Shown piece by piece: positions 48,408 to 59,300 of a DNA stretch of 64,000 nucleotides. The position numbers and the translations under genes are program-made. The notes beneath the pieces are model-generated. The model was given only the letters and a program-made list of their open reading frames with translations, was not told where the DNA came from and searched no databases. The stretch's first letter is position 1. The number at the start of each line of letters is the position of its first letter. Where the stretch lies: positions 1,126 through 65,125 of the forward strand of contig JACQFE010000003.1 of NCBI GenBank assembly GCA_016200265.1, written 5' to 3'. The DNA is from Planctomycetota bacterium. Its GTDB lineage: Bacteria; Planctomycetota; Phycisphaerae; UBA1845.

Positions 48408-50507
48408 ATGATCTCGACGAGATCAATCGCACGGCAAAATTCTCTCCCAACTAGACTTCTCTGTACCTTCCGATGGTTGATCTTTTTGCCAGTTTTCGCC
48501 GCGAATGCCGGCGCCCTGGCGGCGGAGCCAGACACTTGCATCACATGCCACGGCGATGCTCTTGCCAAAAGCATGAATCGCACTCGCGCCGAGCTTCTCA
48601 AAGAGTCCGTCCACAGCTCGCTGGAATGCACTTCGTGCCATCAAGACGTTCGCGCAGGTGACGAAAAGCGCACCAATGGCAAAATTCATTCACCATCGGT
48701 TGCGGTTAATTGCGCCGATTGCCACGAAGATGAAGCGAAAGCCTATGTGAAACACGGCCGGCTCGAAGTAGGCAATAATCCCGATCTCCCCAAGTGCTGG
48801 AGCTGCCACGGTTCGCACGATATTTTCCCCTCCTCCGATCACCGTTCGAGCGTGTACCACTCGAACATGCCGAACACCTGTCGGTCCTGCCATACCAATG
48901 TGGACCTCGTGAAAAAGCACATCAACCTGCGCGAAAAGCCGATTGAGATGTACGAAGGCAGCGTTCACGGCCGGGCGACCGGCAACGTCCTTCACGGCGC
49001 CGCCGCGTGTCAGGACTGTCATGCAGCCGCCGATGCGAAGGGCCACCAGACCGCGCATCGCATTCTCAGCCCATCCGACCCGCAATCCACCACGAATCAT
49101 TTCAACATTCCGGGAACCTGTGGAAAATGCCATGCGGAAATCGCCCGCCAATACGGCGAGAGCACGCACGGACAATACGCCGCTCGCGGAGAATCCGACG
49201 CTCCGGTCTGCACCAATTGCCACGGTGAGCACGGCATCGTTTCGCCGAAAGATGCTTCTTCGCCCGTCAATGCCATGAACGTGGCACAGGAAACCTGCGC
49301 CCCGTGTCATGAATCGGAATTGCTCAATGAGAAATACGGACTGCCCGGCGGGCGCCTGGCTTCCTACATCGACAGCTATCACGGCCTCAAGAGCAAGGCG
49401 GGCGATGTGCGTGTCGCCAACTGCGCATCATGCCACGGCGCACACCGCATTTTGCCGTCCAGCGACGCCCGGTCGTCGATCCATCCCGACAACCTTCCGG
49501 TGACCTGTGGAAAATGCCACCCGGGAATTGGCGCCGGTTTGGCACAGGCAAAAATCCACCGATCGGAGAAAGGCCTGCGTTCCACTTGGGCGGGAATCTT
49601 CCGCATCTTCTACCTCGTCCTCATCTTCGCGACCATCGGATTCATGTTGCTGCACAATGGAGCGGATTGGCTCCGTGCTGTGCGGCAGATGAAGTCGGTG
49701 ACCTATGTTCGACGGTTGAGCGCAAACGAGACCGCCCAGCACTGGGTGCTCGCGATCTCATTTACGGTACTCGTGATTTCCGGATTTTCGTTGCGCTTCT
49801 CCGAGGCCGCATGGGTGAAATTCCTTTTCGGCTGGAAAGGAGGCTTCGTCGCGCGAGGCATCATCCATCGAGTGGCCGCCGTGGTCATGATCGTCGGGGC
49901 GCTGTGGCACATGCTCTATTGGTTCACGCGCGATGGTCGCACGTGGCTGCGCGACATGTGGGCTGCGAAAGCGGACGTGCGACATTTCCGTGAAAACATC
50001 GCCTACTTTTTGGGCCGTCGGCAACACGCCCCTCGATTCGGGCGGTTTTCCTACATGGAGAAAATGGAATACTGGGCGTTGATCTGGGGGACCATCGTCA
50101 TGGTCGCAACCGGGACGATGCTTTGGTTCGACAATCTGTTCATTGATCAGTGGGGGATTCCCAAGGGATTCCTTGATGTCATGCTCGTCATTCACTACTA
50201 CGAAGCATGGCTCGCCTTCCTTGCCATTGTGGTGTGGCATCTTTATGGCACTCTGTTCAAGCCCGGCGTGTATCCCATGAATCCGGCCTGGATCACGGGA
50301 AAAATGCCGAAATCGATGTACCTTCACGAGCACGCGGATGGGCCGCATCTCAGGTCGCACGTACCCGGCTCATCGACGGATGAGGTTGTGGCGTCCATGC
50401 AACCAAAGCCCGCAATGGCCCAGACGATCGCAGAGAAATCCACCTCGCGGCGGGTCGCAGACGGAGGCGTGGAACTGGTGGAAACAGGGGTATCCGATGG
50501 AACTTAA
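48408..50507 (+). CDS. 11-heme cytochrome c fused to a four-helix FdnI-like cytochrome b
   Basis: Signal peptide and 11 CxxCH, followed by QHW..AISF..L..SG, IHRVAA, EKMEYWALIWG, IHYYEAWLA and WHLY. Confidence 0.9.
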   Translation: MISTRSIARQNSLPTRLLCTFRWLIFLPVFAANAGALAAEPDTCITCHGDALAKSMNRTRAELLKESVHSSLECTSCHQDVRAGDEKRTNGKIHSPSVAVNCADCHEDEAKAYVKHGRLEVGNNPDLPKCWSCHGSHDIFPSSDHRSSVYHSNMPNTCRSCHTNVDLVKKHINLREKPIEMYEGSVHGRATGNVLHGAAACQDCHAAADAKGHQTAHRILSPSDPQSTTNHFNIPGTCGKCHAEIARQYGESTHGQYAARGESDAPVCTNCHGEHGIVSPKDASSPVNAMNVAQETCAPCHESELLNEKYGLPGGRLASYIDSYHGLKSKAGDVRVANCASCHGAHRILPSSDARSSIHPDNLPVTCGKCHPGIGAGLAQAKIHRSEKGLRSTWAGIFRIFYLVLIFATIGFMLLHNGADWLRAVRQMKSVTYVRRLSANETAQHWVLAISFTVLVISGFSLRFSEAAWVKFLFGWKGGFVARGIIHRVAAVVMIVGALWHMLYWFTRDGRTWLRDMWAAKADVRHFRENIAYFLGRRQHAPRFGRFSYMEKMEYWALIWGTIVMVATGTMLWFDNLFIDQWGIPKGFLDVMLVIHYYEAWLAFLAIVVWHLYGTLFKPGVYPMNPAWITGKMPKSMYLHEHADGPHLRSHVPGSSTDEVVASMQPKPAMAQTIAEKSTSRRVADGGVELVETGVSDGT

Positions 50508-51588
50508 TCGCCGTCAATTTCTGCACGCAGCGGGTTGTACTGGCCTGGCTGCCGGCGCATTCGGACAAAGCGTTTCCGCCGGCGTCGACGAAGATGCATT
50601 CGGCGTGCTGGTGGACATTCCCAACTGCATCGGATGTCGCAAGTGTGAGTTCGCCTGCCAAAAGGCAGCCGGCTTCGATACGCCATCGCTGGAATCATTC
50701 GACGACAAATCCGTGTTCAGTGAACATCGAAGACCGCATCCGCACAGCTACACGACGGTGAATCGCTTCGAAAATTCCAATGACCGCAAACTCCCCATCT
50801 ATGTCAAAGCGAATTGCCTGCACTGCAATGAACCCGCCTGCGTATCGGCATGCCTCGTCGGTGCACTTCGGAAGCAGCCCGAAGGTCCGGTCACCTACGA
50901 TGCGTGGAAATGCATGGGCTGCCGGTATTGCATGGTGGCATGTCCGTTCCAAATCCCGGCTTACGACTATCACAATCCCCTGACGCCGCAGGTTCGCAAG
51001 TGTACGTTTTGTGCCGACCGAATCAGCAAGGTGGGCGGCGTCCCGGCATGTGTGCAGATTTGTCCGCGGGAATGCCTGATCTTCGGCAAGCGAAGGGAAC
51101 TGCTCAACCTGGGCCATGAACGCATCCGCAACCATCCCGACCAGTACATTGACCATGTTTATGGCGAACACGAAGCCGGCGGGACAAGTTGGCTCTATTT
51201 GTCCAGCTTACCCTTCGAGCAGATCGGCTTTTTGACCCTGGGCTCAGAGCCGCCGTCTCATCTCACCGAAACGATTCAACATACCGTGTTCAAGAAATTC
51301 GTACCGCCCATCGCACTCTACGGACTTCTGGGCTTGATCATGTGGCTGCACAAGTCTGATGCGAAACCCGAGCTAAAACTATTGAATACCAACGAAGAAG
51401 AACGCGAATTCGGGGATGAAGAGCCGCTTTCCTTTTTCTCGCGCTCATCGTGGCCGTCTGGCGGTTTGCCTTCGGACTCTCCGCAACCACCAATCTGGAT
51501 CAACAGCATCCCTGGGGTCTTTGGATCGCAATTGACGTGGCCACCGGCGTTGCTCTTGCAGCGGGCGGTTTCACCAGTGCGGCCCTGA
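50497..51588 (+). CDS. Tat-exported HybA/HmcB-like 4x[4Fe-4S] protein (C-terminal ~50 aa probably not genuine)
   Basis: NRRQFL Tat motif; CIGCRKCEFAC, CLHCNEPACVSAC, CMGCRYCMVACP, CTFC...PACVQIC; C-terminal TM. Confidence 0.88.
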   Translation: MELNRRQFLHAAGCTGLAAGAFGQSVSAGVDEDAFGVLVDIPNCIGCRKCEFACQKAAGFDTPSLESFDDKSVFSEHRRPHPHSYTTVNRFENSNDRKLPIYVKANCLHCNEPACVSACLVGALRKQPEGPVTYDAWKCMGCRYCMVACPFQIPAYDYHNPLTPQVRKCTFCADRISKVGGVPACVQICPRECLIFGKRRELLNLGHERIRNHPDQYIDHVYGEHEAGGTSWLYLSSLPFEQIGFLTLGSEPPSHLTETIQHTVFKKFVPPIALYGLLGLIMWLHKSDAKPELKLLNTNEEEREFGDEEPLSFFSRSSWPSGGLPSDSPQPPIWINSIPGVFGSQLTWPPALLLQRAVSPVRP

Positions 51589-52550
51589 TTCATGTGTTTC
51601 GACGTGAGGATTTTCATGCACTTGCTCGCCCGGCGTTGTTAACCGCATTGCTCGGATACACGTTTGTGGCGCTGGGGTTGCTCGCTGATCTCGGTCGCTA
51701 TTACAACATCTGGCATCCGATCTGGCCGACGATGTGGCAAGGCAACTCTGTGCTCTTCGAAGTGGGCATGTGCGTCACGGTTTACCTGACCGTGCTGTAC
51801 ATTGAATTCATCCCCGTGGTCTGTGAACGATTCGTGAATGACCAAAAGCATCCGCGGCTGGCGCGAATCTGCGCCAGGTTGAATCGAATGGTCAATCGCC
51901 TCATGTTCTTGTTCATCATCGCCGGTGTCGTGCTTTCCTGTCTTCATCAGTCGTCATTGGGAAACCTGATGGTGATCGCGCCGACCAAGGTCCATCCATT
52001 GTGGTGGACGCCGATTCTCTCCTTGCTCTTTCTGCTTTCGGCGATCACCGTCGGCTTCCCCATGATCATCGTCGAATCGCTGGCTGCTTCCTGGGCGCTT
52101 GAATTGGAGCCGGAGATGGCCATCCTCGGTCGGCTCGCAAAATACGTCCCACCCATTCTCGGCGTTTATCTGGCATTCAAAATCGGCGACATGGTGGTTC
52201 GAGAAAGTTATCGTGATCTGGGCGATGGGGCTGTGCCGACGATCGCGTTCGCAGTCGAAATGATCGTTGGCATCATCCTGCCATTGATCTTGTTTTCGCT
52301 GCCACGAGTGCGAGGGTCGAAGTCGTTGTTGTTTCTAGCGGCTCTGCTGGTCGTGCTCGGCGTGGCGATGAATCGCGTGAATGTGTTCCTCGTCGCCTAC
52401 CATCCGCCGTATGCAGTTCGTTCATACTTCCCGTCGATCGGCGAAATCACCGTGACAGTTGGCCTGATCTCCGGATTGATCCTCGCATATCGTGCGATCG
52501 TTACTTATCTGCCCGTCGTTTCGCATGAGGCCGAACCGAGGTTGGCATGA
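51450..52550 (+). CDS. NrfD/HybB/HmcC-like integral membrane subunit (5' end anomalous)
   Basis: RF..GL.ATTNL....PWGLWI..DV..GVALAAGGF, DLGR...IWH, SVLFEV..C, LHQSSLG, ~10 TM helices. Confidence 0.9.
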   Translation: MAVWRFAFGLSATTNLDQQHPWGLWIAIDVATGVALAAGGFTSAALIHVFRREDFHALARPALLTALLGYTFVALGLLADLGRYYNIWHPIWPTMWQGNSVLFEVGMCVTVYLTVLYIEFIPVVCERFVNDQKHPRLARICARLNRMVNRLMFLFIIAGVVLSCLHQSSLGNLMVIAPTKVHPLWWTPILSLLFLLSAITVGFPMIIVESLAASWALELEPEMAILGRLAKYVPPILGVYLAFKIGDMVVRESYRDLGDGAVPTIAFAVEMIVGIILPLILFSLPRVRGSKSLLFLAALLVVLGVAMNRVNVFLVAYHPPYAVRSYFPSIGEITVTVGLISGLILAYRAIVTYLPVVSHEAEPRLA

Positions 52551-53734
52551 ATCCTGTATTTCAATGTGTGCTTGCCAGGCGAATGCCACGCATCCTGATA
52601 TCCACGGTGATCAGTGTACTCCTTTGGTCGAATCACACAGCCGACGCCCAGGATCACGCGCAGCCTCCGAACACCGAGTGCGTACAGTGCCACTCGTGTG
52701 CATCCCCAACTCCAATCCAAAAATGCCTCAAACTGTGCACTCGCAACGATAGGAACGGCTTCGAAAAAAACGTGGGAACCAAGTCCATACCGGGGACGGT
52801 CATTCTCGACCAATTGGCGAATCTCTACCTTCCGGTCCCGTTTGATCACAAAGGTCATGCCGCCATGGCCAGTATGACCGGAGGCTGTTCCGTTTGTCAT
52901 CATTACACGCCGGAAAACGCCGATCATCCCGCGTGCCGAACGTGCCACGCAGTGGAAGGAAATGGTGGCGACATCCGCAAGCCCGGCCTCAAAGGTGCGT
53001 ATCATCGACAATGCCTGAGTTGCCATCGCGATTGGGGCGGCGAAGCAAGCTGCAGCATTTGTCATGCTCCGCGCACCGGAAAATCAACACATGCAATTAC
53101 GCCGGGGGTCGATGATCTGGTGGGTCGTATTCACCCCCCGATCGCCGAACCCGTGCAGGAAATCTATCACACGGCGCGAGACGGCTTTGAGCCGAGCAAC
53201 GTATTGTTCCGCCACAAGGAGCACGCGTCTTCCTATGATCTGAAATGCTCCGAATGCCATCGTGAGGACAATTGCAACCGTTGTCATGCGGCGGGCAAAT
53301 CCCATGTCCAGCGAGTTCGCAGCGTCGAAGAACATCACCAGCCGTGCTTCCAATGCCACCAGAACAAGACGTGCGAAAGCTGTCACTTTGCCGAAGGGCA
53401 GTCGTCGCCGCAGCCGTTTTCTCATGTTCAAACGGGCTGGCCGTTAAAGACATATCATCAATCTCTTGGCTGCCGAAAGTGCCACGAGAACTCGCCTTAC
53501 ACCGCGCGTTCCACACAATGCACGAATTGCCATTCCAGCTGGCCGTCGTCATTCAAGCACGCCTTGACCGGGTTGGAATTGGATTCAACGCACAGTTCGT
53601 TCGACTGCGAGCAATGCCACGCTCAGAAAAACTTCGGCATTCAGCCCACCTGCAATGAATGTCACGAGGCTGCCGAAGGAATCGCATATCCGGCCAAGGT
53701 CCCGGGTAAATTTTTGCTTGAACGGGGTCGCTAA
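52547..53734 (+). CDS. 13-heme cytochrome c3/HmcA-like protein
   Basis: Signal peptide, 13 CxxCH, c3-type FDHKGH and FRHKEH distal-His motifs, LKGAYHRQC. Confidence 0.9.
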   Translation: MNPVFQCVLARRMPRILISTVISVLLWSNHTADAQDHAQPPNTECVQCHSCASPTPIQKCLKLCTRNDRNGFEKNVGTKSIPGTVILDQLANLYLPVPFDHKGHAAMASMTGGCSVCHHYTPENADHPACRTCHAVEGNGGDIRKPGLKGAYHRQCLSCHRDWGGEASCSICHAPRTGKSTHAITPGVDDLVGRIHPPIAEPVQEIYHTARDGFEPSNVLFRHKEHASSYDLKCSECHREDNCNRCHAAGKSHVQRVRSVEEHHQPCFQCHQNKTCESCHFAEGQSSPQPFSHVQTGWPLKTYHQSLGCRKCHENSPYTARSTQCTNCHSSWPSSFKHALTGLELDSTHSSFDCEQCHAQKNFGIQPTCNECHEAAEGIAYPAKVPGKFLLERGR

Positions 53735-53802
53735 ACTTGCGATAATAGCGTCGTCAACAAGTCAAGACGTGCGAAAGTCGACTCGCGAGAAGGAGGCGTA
53801 CA

Positions 53803-56331
53803 ATGTCCATAAATCCCCGGCTGACTATGTTTTTCGTCTTGTTGGCGGCACCTGTCATCGTTCGCGGTCAATCATGCCAAACCTGGCGGAATCGGACCCC
53901 GCAAATCTTCTCCCGCAGTTATGGAAAGATGGTGTACGACAGTCGGCGTGGCATGTCCGTTCTCTATGGCGGAATTCGCGGTGAGTATCGCGGCTTCGAC
54001 ACCGAGACATGGGAATGGGACGGCGCGGCTTGGACGTTACGAGGCACATGGGGACCGCCGGCGCGGAAGAATCAAGCGATGACATATGATGGCGGGCGCG
54101 GAGTCACGGTCCTGTTCAGCGGCAGTTATTACATGCAGAGTGCGTTGGTTAACGACACTTGGGAATGGGATGGGCATGGTTGGCGGCAGCGTATTCCGGC
54201 GCATTCTCCACCGGGTCGTTATGATTCATCGATGACTTATGACAGCGCGCGGGGTGTCACTGTTCTCTTTGGCGGCCGGTCCGATGCCGGTGAACTCAAT
54301 GATACGTGGGAATGGGATGGGACAGACTGGACACAACGGCACCCAAGCACGTCGCCGCCCAAACGATGGGAGCATGCCCTTGTCTTCGATGCAAACCGGC
54401 GTGTAACAGTTCTCTTTGGTGGCCTGGATGATTCGATCGGTTCATATAGCGACACTTGGGAATGGAATGGACAAGACTGGACGCTGGCCAGCAATGTCGG
54501 CCCTAGGGACGGAGGACATGCAATGGCCTTCGACTCTGCGCGAGCCGTCGTCGTACTGTTCACCAGTTACTACGCCATCACCGATCCTGGGAGCACGTGG
54601 GAATGGGACGGCACAGTGTGGGTTGAACGAACCACAAATGGCCCGGCTGCACGACGTGGATACACAATGGCATTCGATGAGTCGCGTGGCGCGACCGTAA
54701 TGTTCGGCGGCACAAGCAGTGGCGATCTTTGGGAATGGAACGGCAACAATTGGACGATGCGATTGGGTGGCGTTTTTTCCGCTTTGCCCTCGCCAGCATT
54801 TGTGCCTGCAATGGCTTTTGATTCCCAGCGACAAGTCTCCGTTCTGTTAACCAAATCAACAACGGACAGTGAAACTTGGGAATGGGACGGGAATTCATGG
54901 ACGCGGCGGGCAATTGGCGGTCCCTCGGCCCGGACCGGAGCTGCGATGGCGTACGATCGGGCGCGACGGGTCACAGTCACATTCGGAGGTTATGGATCGG
55001 ACTACCTCGGCGACACATGGGAATGGGATGGAGGTTCATGGACTTTTCGCGACGTGACCGGCCCACCGCCACGTAGAGGGGCGAGCATGGCATACGATAC
55101 ATCTCGACAAGTCATGGTTCTGTTCGGCGGCACGAATGGTTCCGAGTTTGGTGACACATGGGAATGGGACGGAAATCTGTGGACGCTGCGTGCAGACTCC
55201 GGACCTGTGCCCCGTTTTGCACACGCGATGGCGTTTGATGAATCGCGCCACGTGACGGTGATGTTTGGAGGGGGACAAGGAAGTTTCCTTGGTACAATTG
55301 AGTTGAATGGAACCTGGGAGTGGGATGGGAGCATTTGGCAACAACGCATCGCGCCGTCCCCACACGGGCGATATGCCCACACGTTAATCTACGATTCAAC
55401 CCGTCACGTTAGCATTCTCTATGGCGGCGAATTTTTTGGCCCGCTCGATGTTCCCGTGTCACTCAGTGACACGTGGGAATGGGATGGCAATTCCTGGTCT
55501 GAGATGGGTGATCAACGCCCGTCTGCTCGCGCGGGCCACGCGGCGGCATTTGATTCGGCACGTGGTGTAACGGTGTTGTTCGGCGGAACGGGTTTTCCTG
55601 AGACGTGGGAATATCCATGCGCTGCAGGATGTCCATTTGTAGCCGATGCGCCGATTCCGGAAGGGTACGCCGCCTGCAACGGATGCTATGCGAAAAAGAA
55701 CCGCTATATCTCGTTCACCGCGCCGTCGCTCGTGCCGGGCACAAGTTCAATGGCGCTTCGCGTGACTCTCGGACCATCTCCTGATCCGACAACGTGCCAG
55801 GGGTCACCCGATCGGCGAACTCTCGACAGTATCGACATGTGGGTAGGACCGGAGGTACTTACCTCGGGCGGTTTGCCCACAGGAGTTTACGGCCTTCAGC
55901 CGGTTCCGCTTTTCCGCGACTGGTCAACCGTTTCCGGCGGCATCGTTCACGTTTCCGATTGCAATATCGTTCCGTGCGCCGCTTACACTGTTCACGCACT
56001 GACCGACGTGGTATGCGACCCGATGGTATTTGGAGGGTTCTCACCCGCATTGGTTCTGCCGACCAACTCGGTTTGGGGTGACGTGGTCGGAAGTAATGAT
56101 TCACAACCGGGAAATCAGATCGTGAACATCTCCGACGTGGCCGCAGTCGTCGACTGCTTCCGTGAGGTCCCCGGAGCACCGCCAAATACCTGGTGCGACT
56201 TGGGTGCCGAACTGCCCACGCAAGGCGTCAACCTCACGCCGGACATTTCCGATGTGGCTCTTGCCGTGGACGCATTTCGCGGCTTTTCGTATCCGTTTTC
56301 CGGCCCGTCCGCGCCGGCAACATGTCATTGA
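53803..56331 (+). CDS. Secreted double Kelch-like propeller (12 TWEWDG repeats) with dockerin-like C-terminal module
   Basis: Signal peptide; 12 repeats; tail KKNRYISF...WGDVVG...NISDVAAVVDCF...DISDVALAVDAF.G..YP. Confidence 0.9.
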   Translation: MSINPRLTMFFVLLAAPVIVRGQSCQTWRNRTPQIFSRSYGKMVYDSRRGMSVLYGGIRGEYRGFDTETWEWDGAAWTLRGTWGPPARKNQAMTYDGGRGVTVLFSGSYYMQSALVNDTWEWDGHGWRQRIPAHSPPGRYDSSMTYDSARGVTVLFGGRSDAGELNDTWEWDGTDWTQRHPSTSPPKRWEHALVFDANRRVTVLFGGLDDSIGSYSDTWEWNGQDWTLASNVGPRDGGHAMAFDSARAVVVLFTSYYAITDPGSTWEWDGTVWVERTTNGPAARRGYTMAFDESRGATVMFGGTSSGDLWEWNGNNWTMRLGGVFSALPSPAFVPAMAFDSQRQVSVLLTKSTTDSETWEWDGNSWTRRAIGGPSARTGAAMAYDRARRVTVTFGGYGSDYLGDTWEWDGGSWTFRDVTGPPPRRGASMAYDTSRQVMVLFGGTNGSEFGDTWEWDGNLWTLRADSGPVPRFAHAMAFDESRHVTVMFGGGQGSFLGTIELNGTWEWDGSIWQQRIAPSPHGRYAHTLIYDSTRHVSILYGGEFFGPLDVPVSLSDTWEWDGNSWSEMGDQRPSARAGHAAAFDSARGVTVLFGGTGFPETWEYPCAAGCPFVADAPIPEGYAACNGCYAKKNRYISFTAPSLVPGTSSMALRVTLGPSPDPTTCQGSPDRRTLDSIDMWVGPEVLTSGGLPTGVYGLQPVPLFRDWSTVSGGIVHVSDCNIVPCAAYTVHALTDVVCDPMVFGGFSPALVLPTNSVWGDVVGSNDSQPGNQIVNISDVAAVVDCFREVPGAPPNTWCDLGAELPTQGVNLTPDISDVALAVDAFRGFSYPFSGPSAPATCH

Positions 56332-56380
56332 ATGCCCGCAAATGGCGATTGCTTCGGCTCACAGGCGTGTGGCCGGAAGA

Positions 56381-59300
56381 TCATATGCTTGCTCGTTTCC
56401 CGCGATGGCAGAGGTACCGACCCATGGAACGGATAGCCTGGTCGCATGATGGGAATACCGGCACGCCAGCTTTGCGCATCTTGCTTGCAAGCACTTCGTA
56501 GGGCCGACCGCAATCAATCACCACGGCCAACGGCTTTTCGCTCGACGCGGTGATCGCCGCCAATTCATCAACCAGCGATCTCGCGCCGCTCTGCAATTCT
56601 TCTGGAGTCGTCTTGAGTTCGGATGTAAAAGGCACTACGGACACGACCAGCGCGTCCACGCCGCCATCTTCGATCATTGCTTTCGCGCAAGCGGCGTAGA
56701 CGGCCTCATTCGCCATGGGCGTGACGTCCAGCGGATTTCGAACGTTCACCAGCTTGTCGAGTTTCGCCGGGGCAAGAAATTCGCGAATTCGATCTTGCGA
56801 GGCCAAGGAAAGTGCGGCCACCTCCAGCGCATACCGTACGCCGATGATCGTATCGGCCATTCCCACAACTTCGAATCCCGCGTTGGAGAGAATTCCAATC
56901 CGCCTGCCGTGAACCTTCTTGGCATGAAACAGCGTCGCAAGTTCCAGGACCTGTTCGAATTCCTTGAACGTATCCACAACGATCGCGCCGGCCTGGGCAA
57001 TGGACGTCTGGCAAACGTCATAATCCCCTGCGATCGAGGCCGTGTGTCCGGCGGTGGCCGATCGACCCGGGGCCGTGCGGCCGGCTTTGTAAAAAACGAC
57101 CGTTTTTCCACTCTCCACGACGGACTTCAATGCGCGGACAAATTCCAACCCGTCTCCGTCGCAGAATCCTTCCATGTACACGCCGATGGCGTCGAGGTCG
57201 TTTCTCGTCCCCACGGCGGCAAACAAATCGGAAACGGTGAGATCAATCTGGTTTCCAATGGTGATCGCCAGGCTCGGGTTGATTGCTTCTAAATTGCTCA
57301 TCCGCGTAATGGCGAACCCGCCACTTTGGGTGATCAGTGCCGTACGCGTCGTCGGTTCACCGCGCCGGGCATCAAGCTTCTCGCGTGGAGTGAAAAACGT
57401 GTCGTAGCGCCCCGGACGCGAGCGAATACCAAGAGTGTTTCCTCCCAGCACGATGAGACCGGCGCCCGGCAGCTCACGTGACGAAGTGATTTTGCTTTGC
57501 AATAGATCCTGGAGCGTTTCGGTCCCGGCGGTTTCCCCCAACCCACCGGGAATGAGAATGATCGAGCTGACCTTGCCGGAGGCGATGGCGCCGTCAAACA
57601 ATTCAGCCAGGCCATGCGAAACCGAAATCACAAGCACATCGATTTCTTCCGGCAGATGTTGAACGTCGCTCACACAGCGCACGCCATTGATCTCCGTCGT
57701 GCCGTCTTTGATGACGTAAAGATGCTCGCGAGAAAAACCGCAATCCAAGATATTTTCAAGAATGATCCGGCCAAAATTCTCGCGTTTCCCGGAGACACCG
57801 ACCACGGCAATCGAGCGAGGTTCCAATAGATTTGCGATTTTCTTTCTGGGTCGAGCCAGCCGTAGTGGCGTGATGCTTCCCAATCGCCCGCGGCCATCAA
57901 GGGGAACCATCTTTTCATGCGAAAAGGCAAATGGATTGACCTCGAGCTCCAGAAGTGAACTCGGAGCATTCGTGTCACCGCTGAACCGCCGGGCAATCGC
58001 CAAGAAGGCTCGAAAACACCGGATGAGTTCGTCATCGCTGACAACACGATGATGCCCTCGAATGCGCCCGGCGAGCACGTCGTACGCGGCCGTTGTTTTG
58101 AACAACTCGAAGAAATCCTCGGCCGTTGTTTCATGGACCAGCGCCTTGGCAACTGCCACACCGGGCTTCATCTTGTGGGCCAGGTATTCCGTGTCCACGC
58201 CTCCCAGTCCGGCGGCGATCACGTTGCCGAATTCGCGAGAAAAGCGGATGCCGACGAACAATTCCTGTCCAAAGCCCGATTCTTCATGCTCAATACACTC
58301 GACGAGCAGCACACCTTCGACGTTGGCACCGGTCTTGGCGCGTCGCTCGACGAGCTTGCGGAGGGATTCATCCACAGAGTCCGCGTCTTTCGCTACAAAG
58401 ACAACCCCGCCCACGTCGGACTTGTGGGTGATGTCGCGCGAAATGATCTTCAGGACAACGCGATCGCCGGGGAACGAATCAATGTCCGCTTGTCTCACCG
58501 TCTCCGCCGGGCGAATGACCCGATGTCGCGGCGGCGAAATCGCACCCGCCAATTCCACGATTTGGTAGACTTCGTGCTCAAACAGAGATGAGCGTCCTTC
58601 GAGCAACGCTTTTTGAAGAACCTGCGAAATTCCAGACTCTTCGGCGGCCGAAAGCTTCGCGTCTTGATCCACTCCATCCACGTGAGCCTTTACAGCTCGC
58701 CCGGCAAGAAGAGCCTCACTGCTCACGTTTGCCATCCATTCGCGAACGGTCTTTGGCTCTTGGGTGGAGCGAATGGCCTCGGAATACGCGGACGCCGCCA
58801 GCCGACCGAGCTGAAACGCCTTGCGATTCGCATCCACCACGCGGGCGCCTTTCGACTGCAATTGCCGGGCGATCGCTTCTTGAAGTTCATCCGCAGAAAA
58901 GCCCAGTCGCGATGATGCCGCACCCAAAAGCACCGCGTTGGCCGCGAGGACCGCGCCGGCCTCCCGCGCCCAACGCGACGCGTCAATCAGGACGTTCCGT
59001 TGTTCGGACGAAATTCTCTCCAGCACGCCCTCAATCGGCGGATAATTGGCCATATTTACGAGCGGCAGAGTGTTCGAGATGATGCAGCCCGTGTCGCTCA
59101 GGTAGCTCGCATAACGCAGGGCTTCGAGCGGCTCCATCGAAAGAATCAAATCGCATTCCCCAAGCGGAATCAAGTCGCTGTGAATCGTCTGGTCAGACAC
59201 CCTCACATGGGAATAGACGGACCCACCACGCTGCGACATGCCGTGGACTTCCGACTCTTTGGCGTTCCATCCACGGCTGATGGCCGCATTGGAAATCGCC

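Noticed and set aside
51417-51419. TGA in the NrfD frame as selenocysteine
   Set aside because: It is not at a Cys-equivalent position, there is no plausible start or homology upstream in that frame, and no SECIS-like hairpin is evident.
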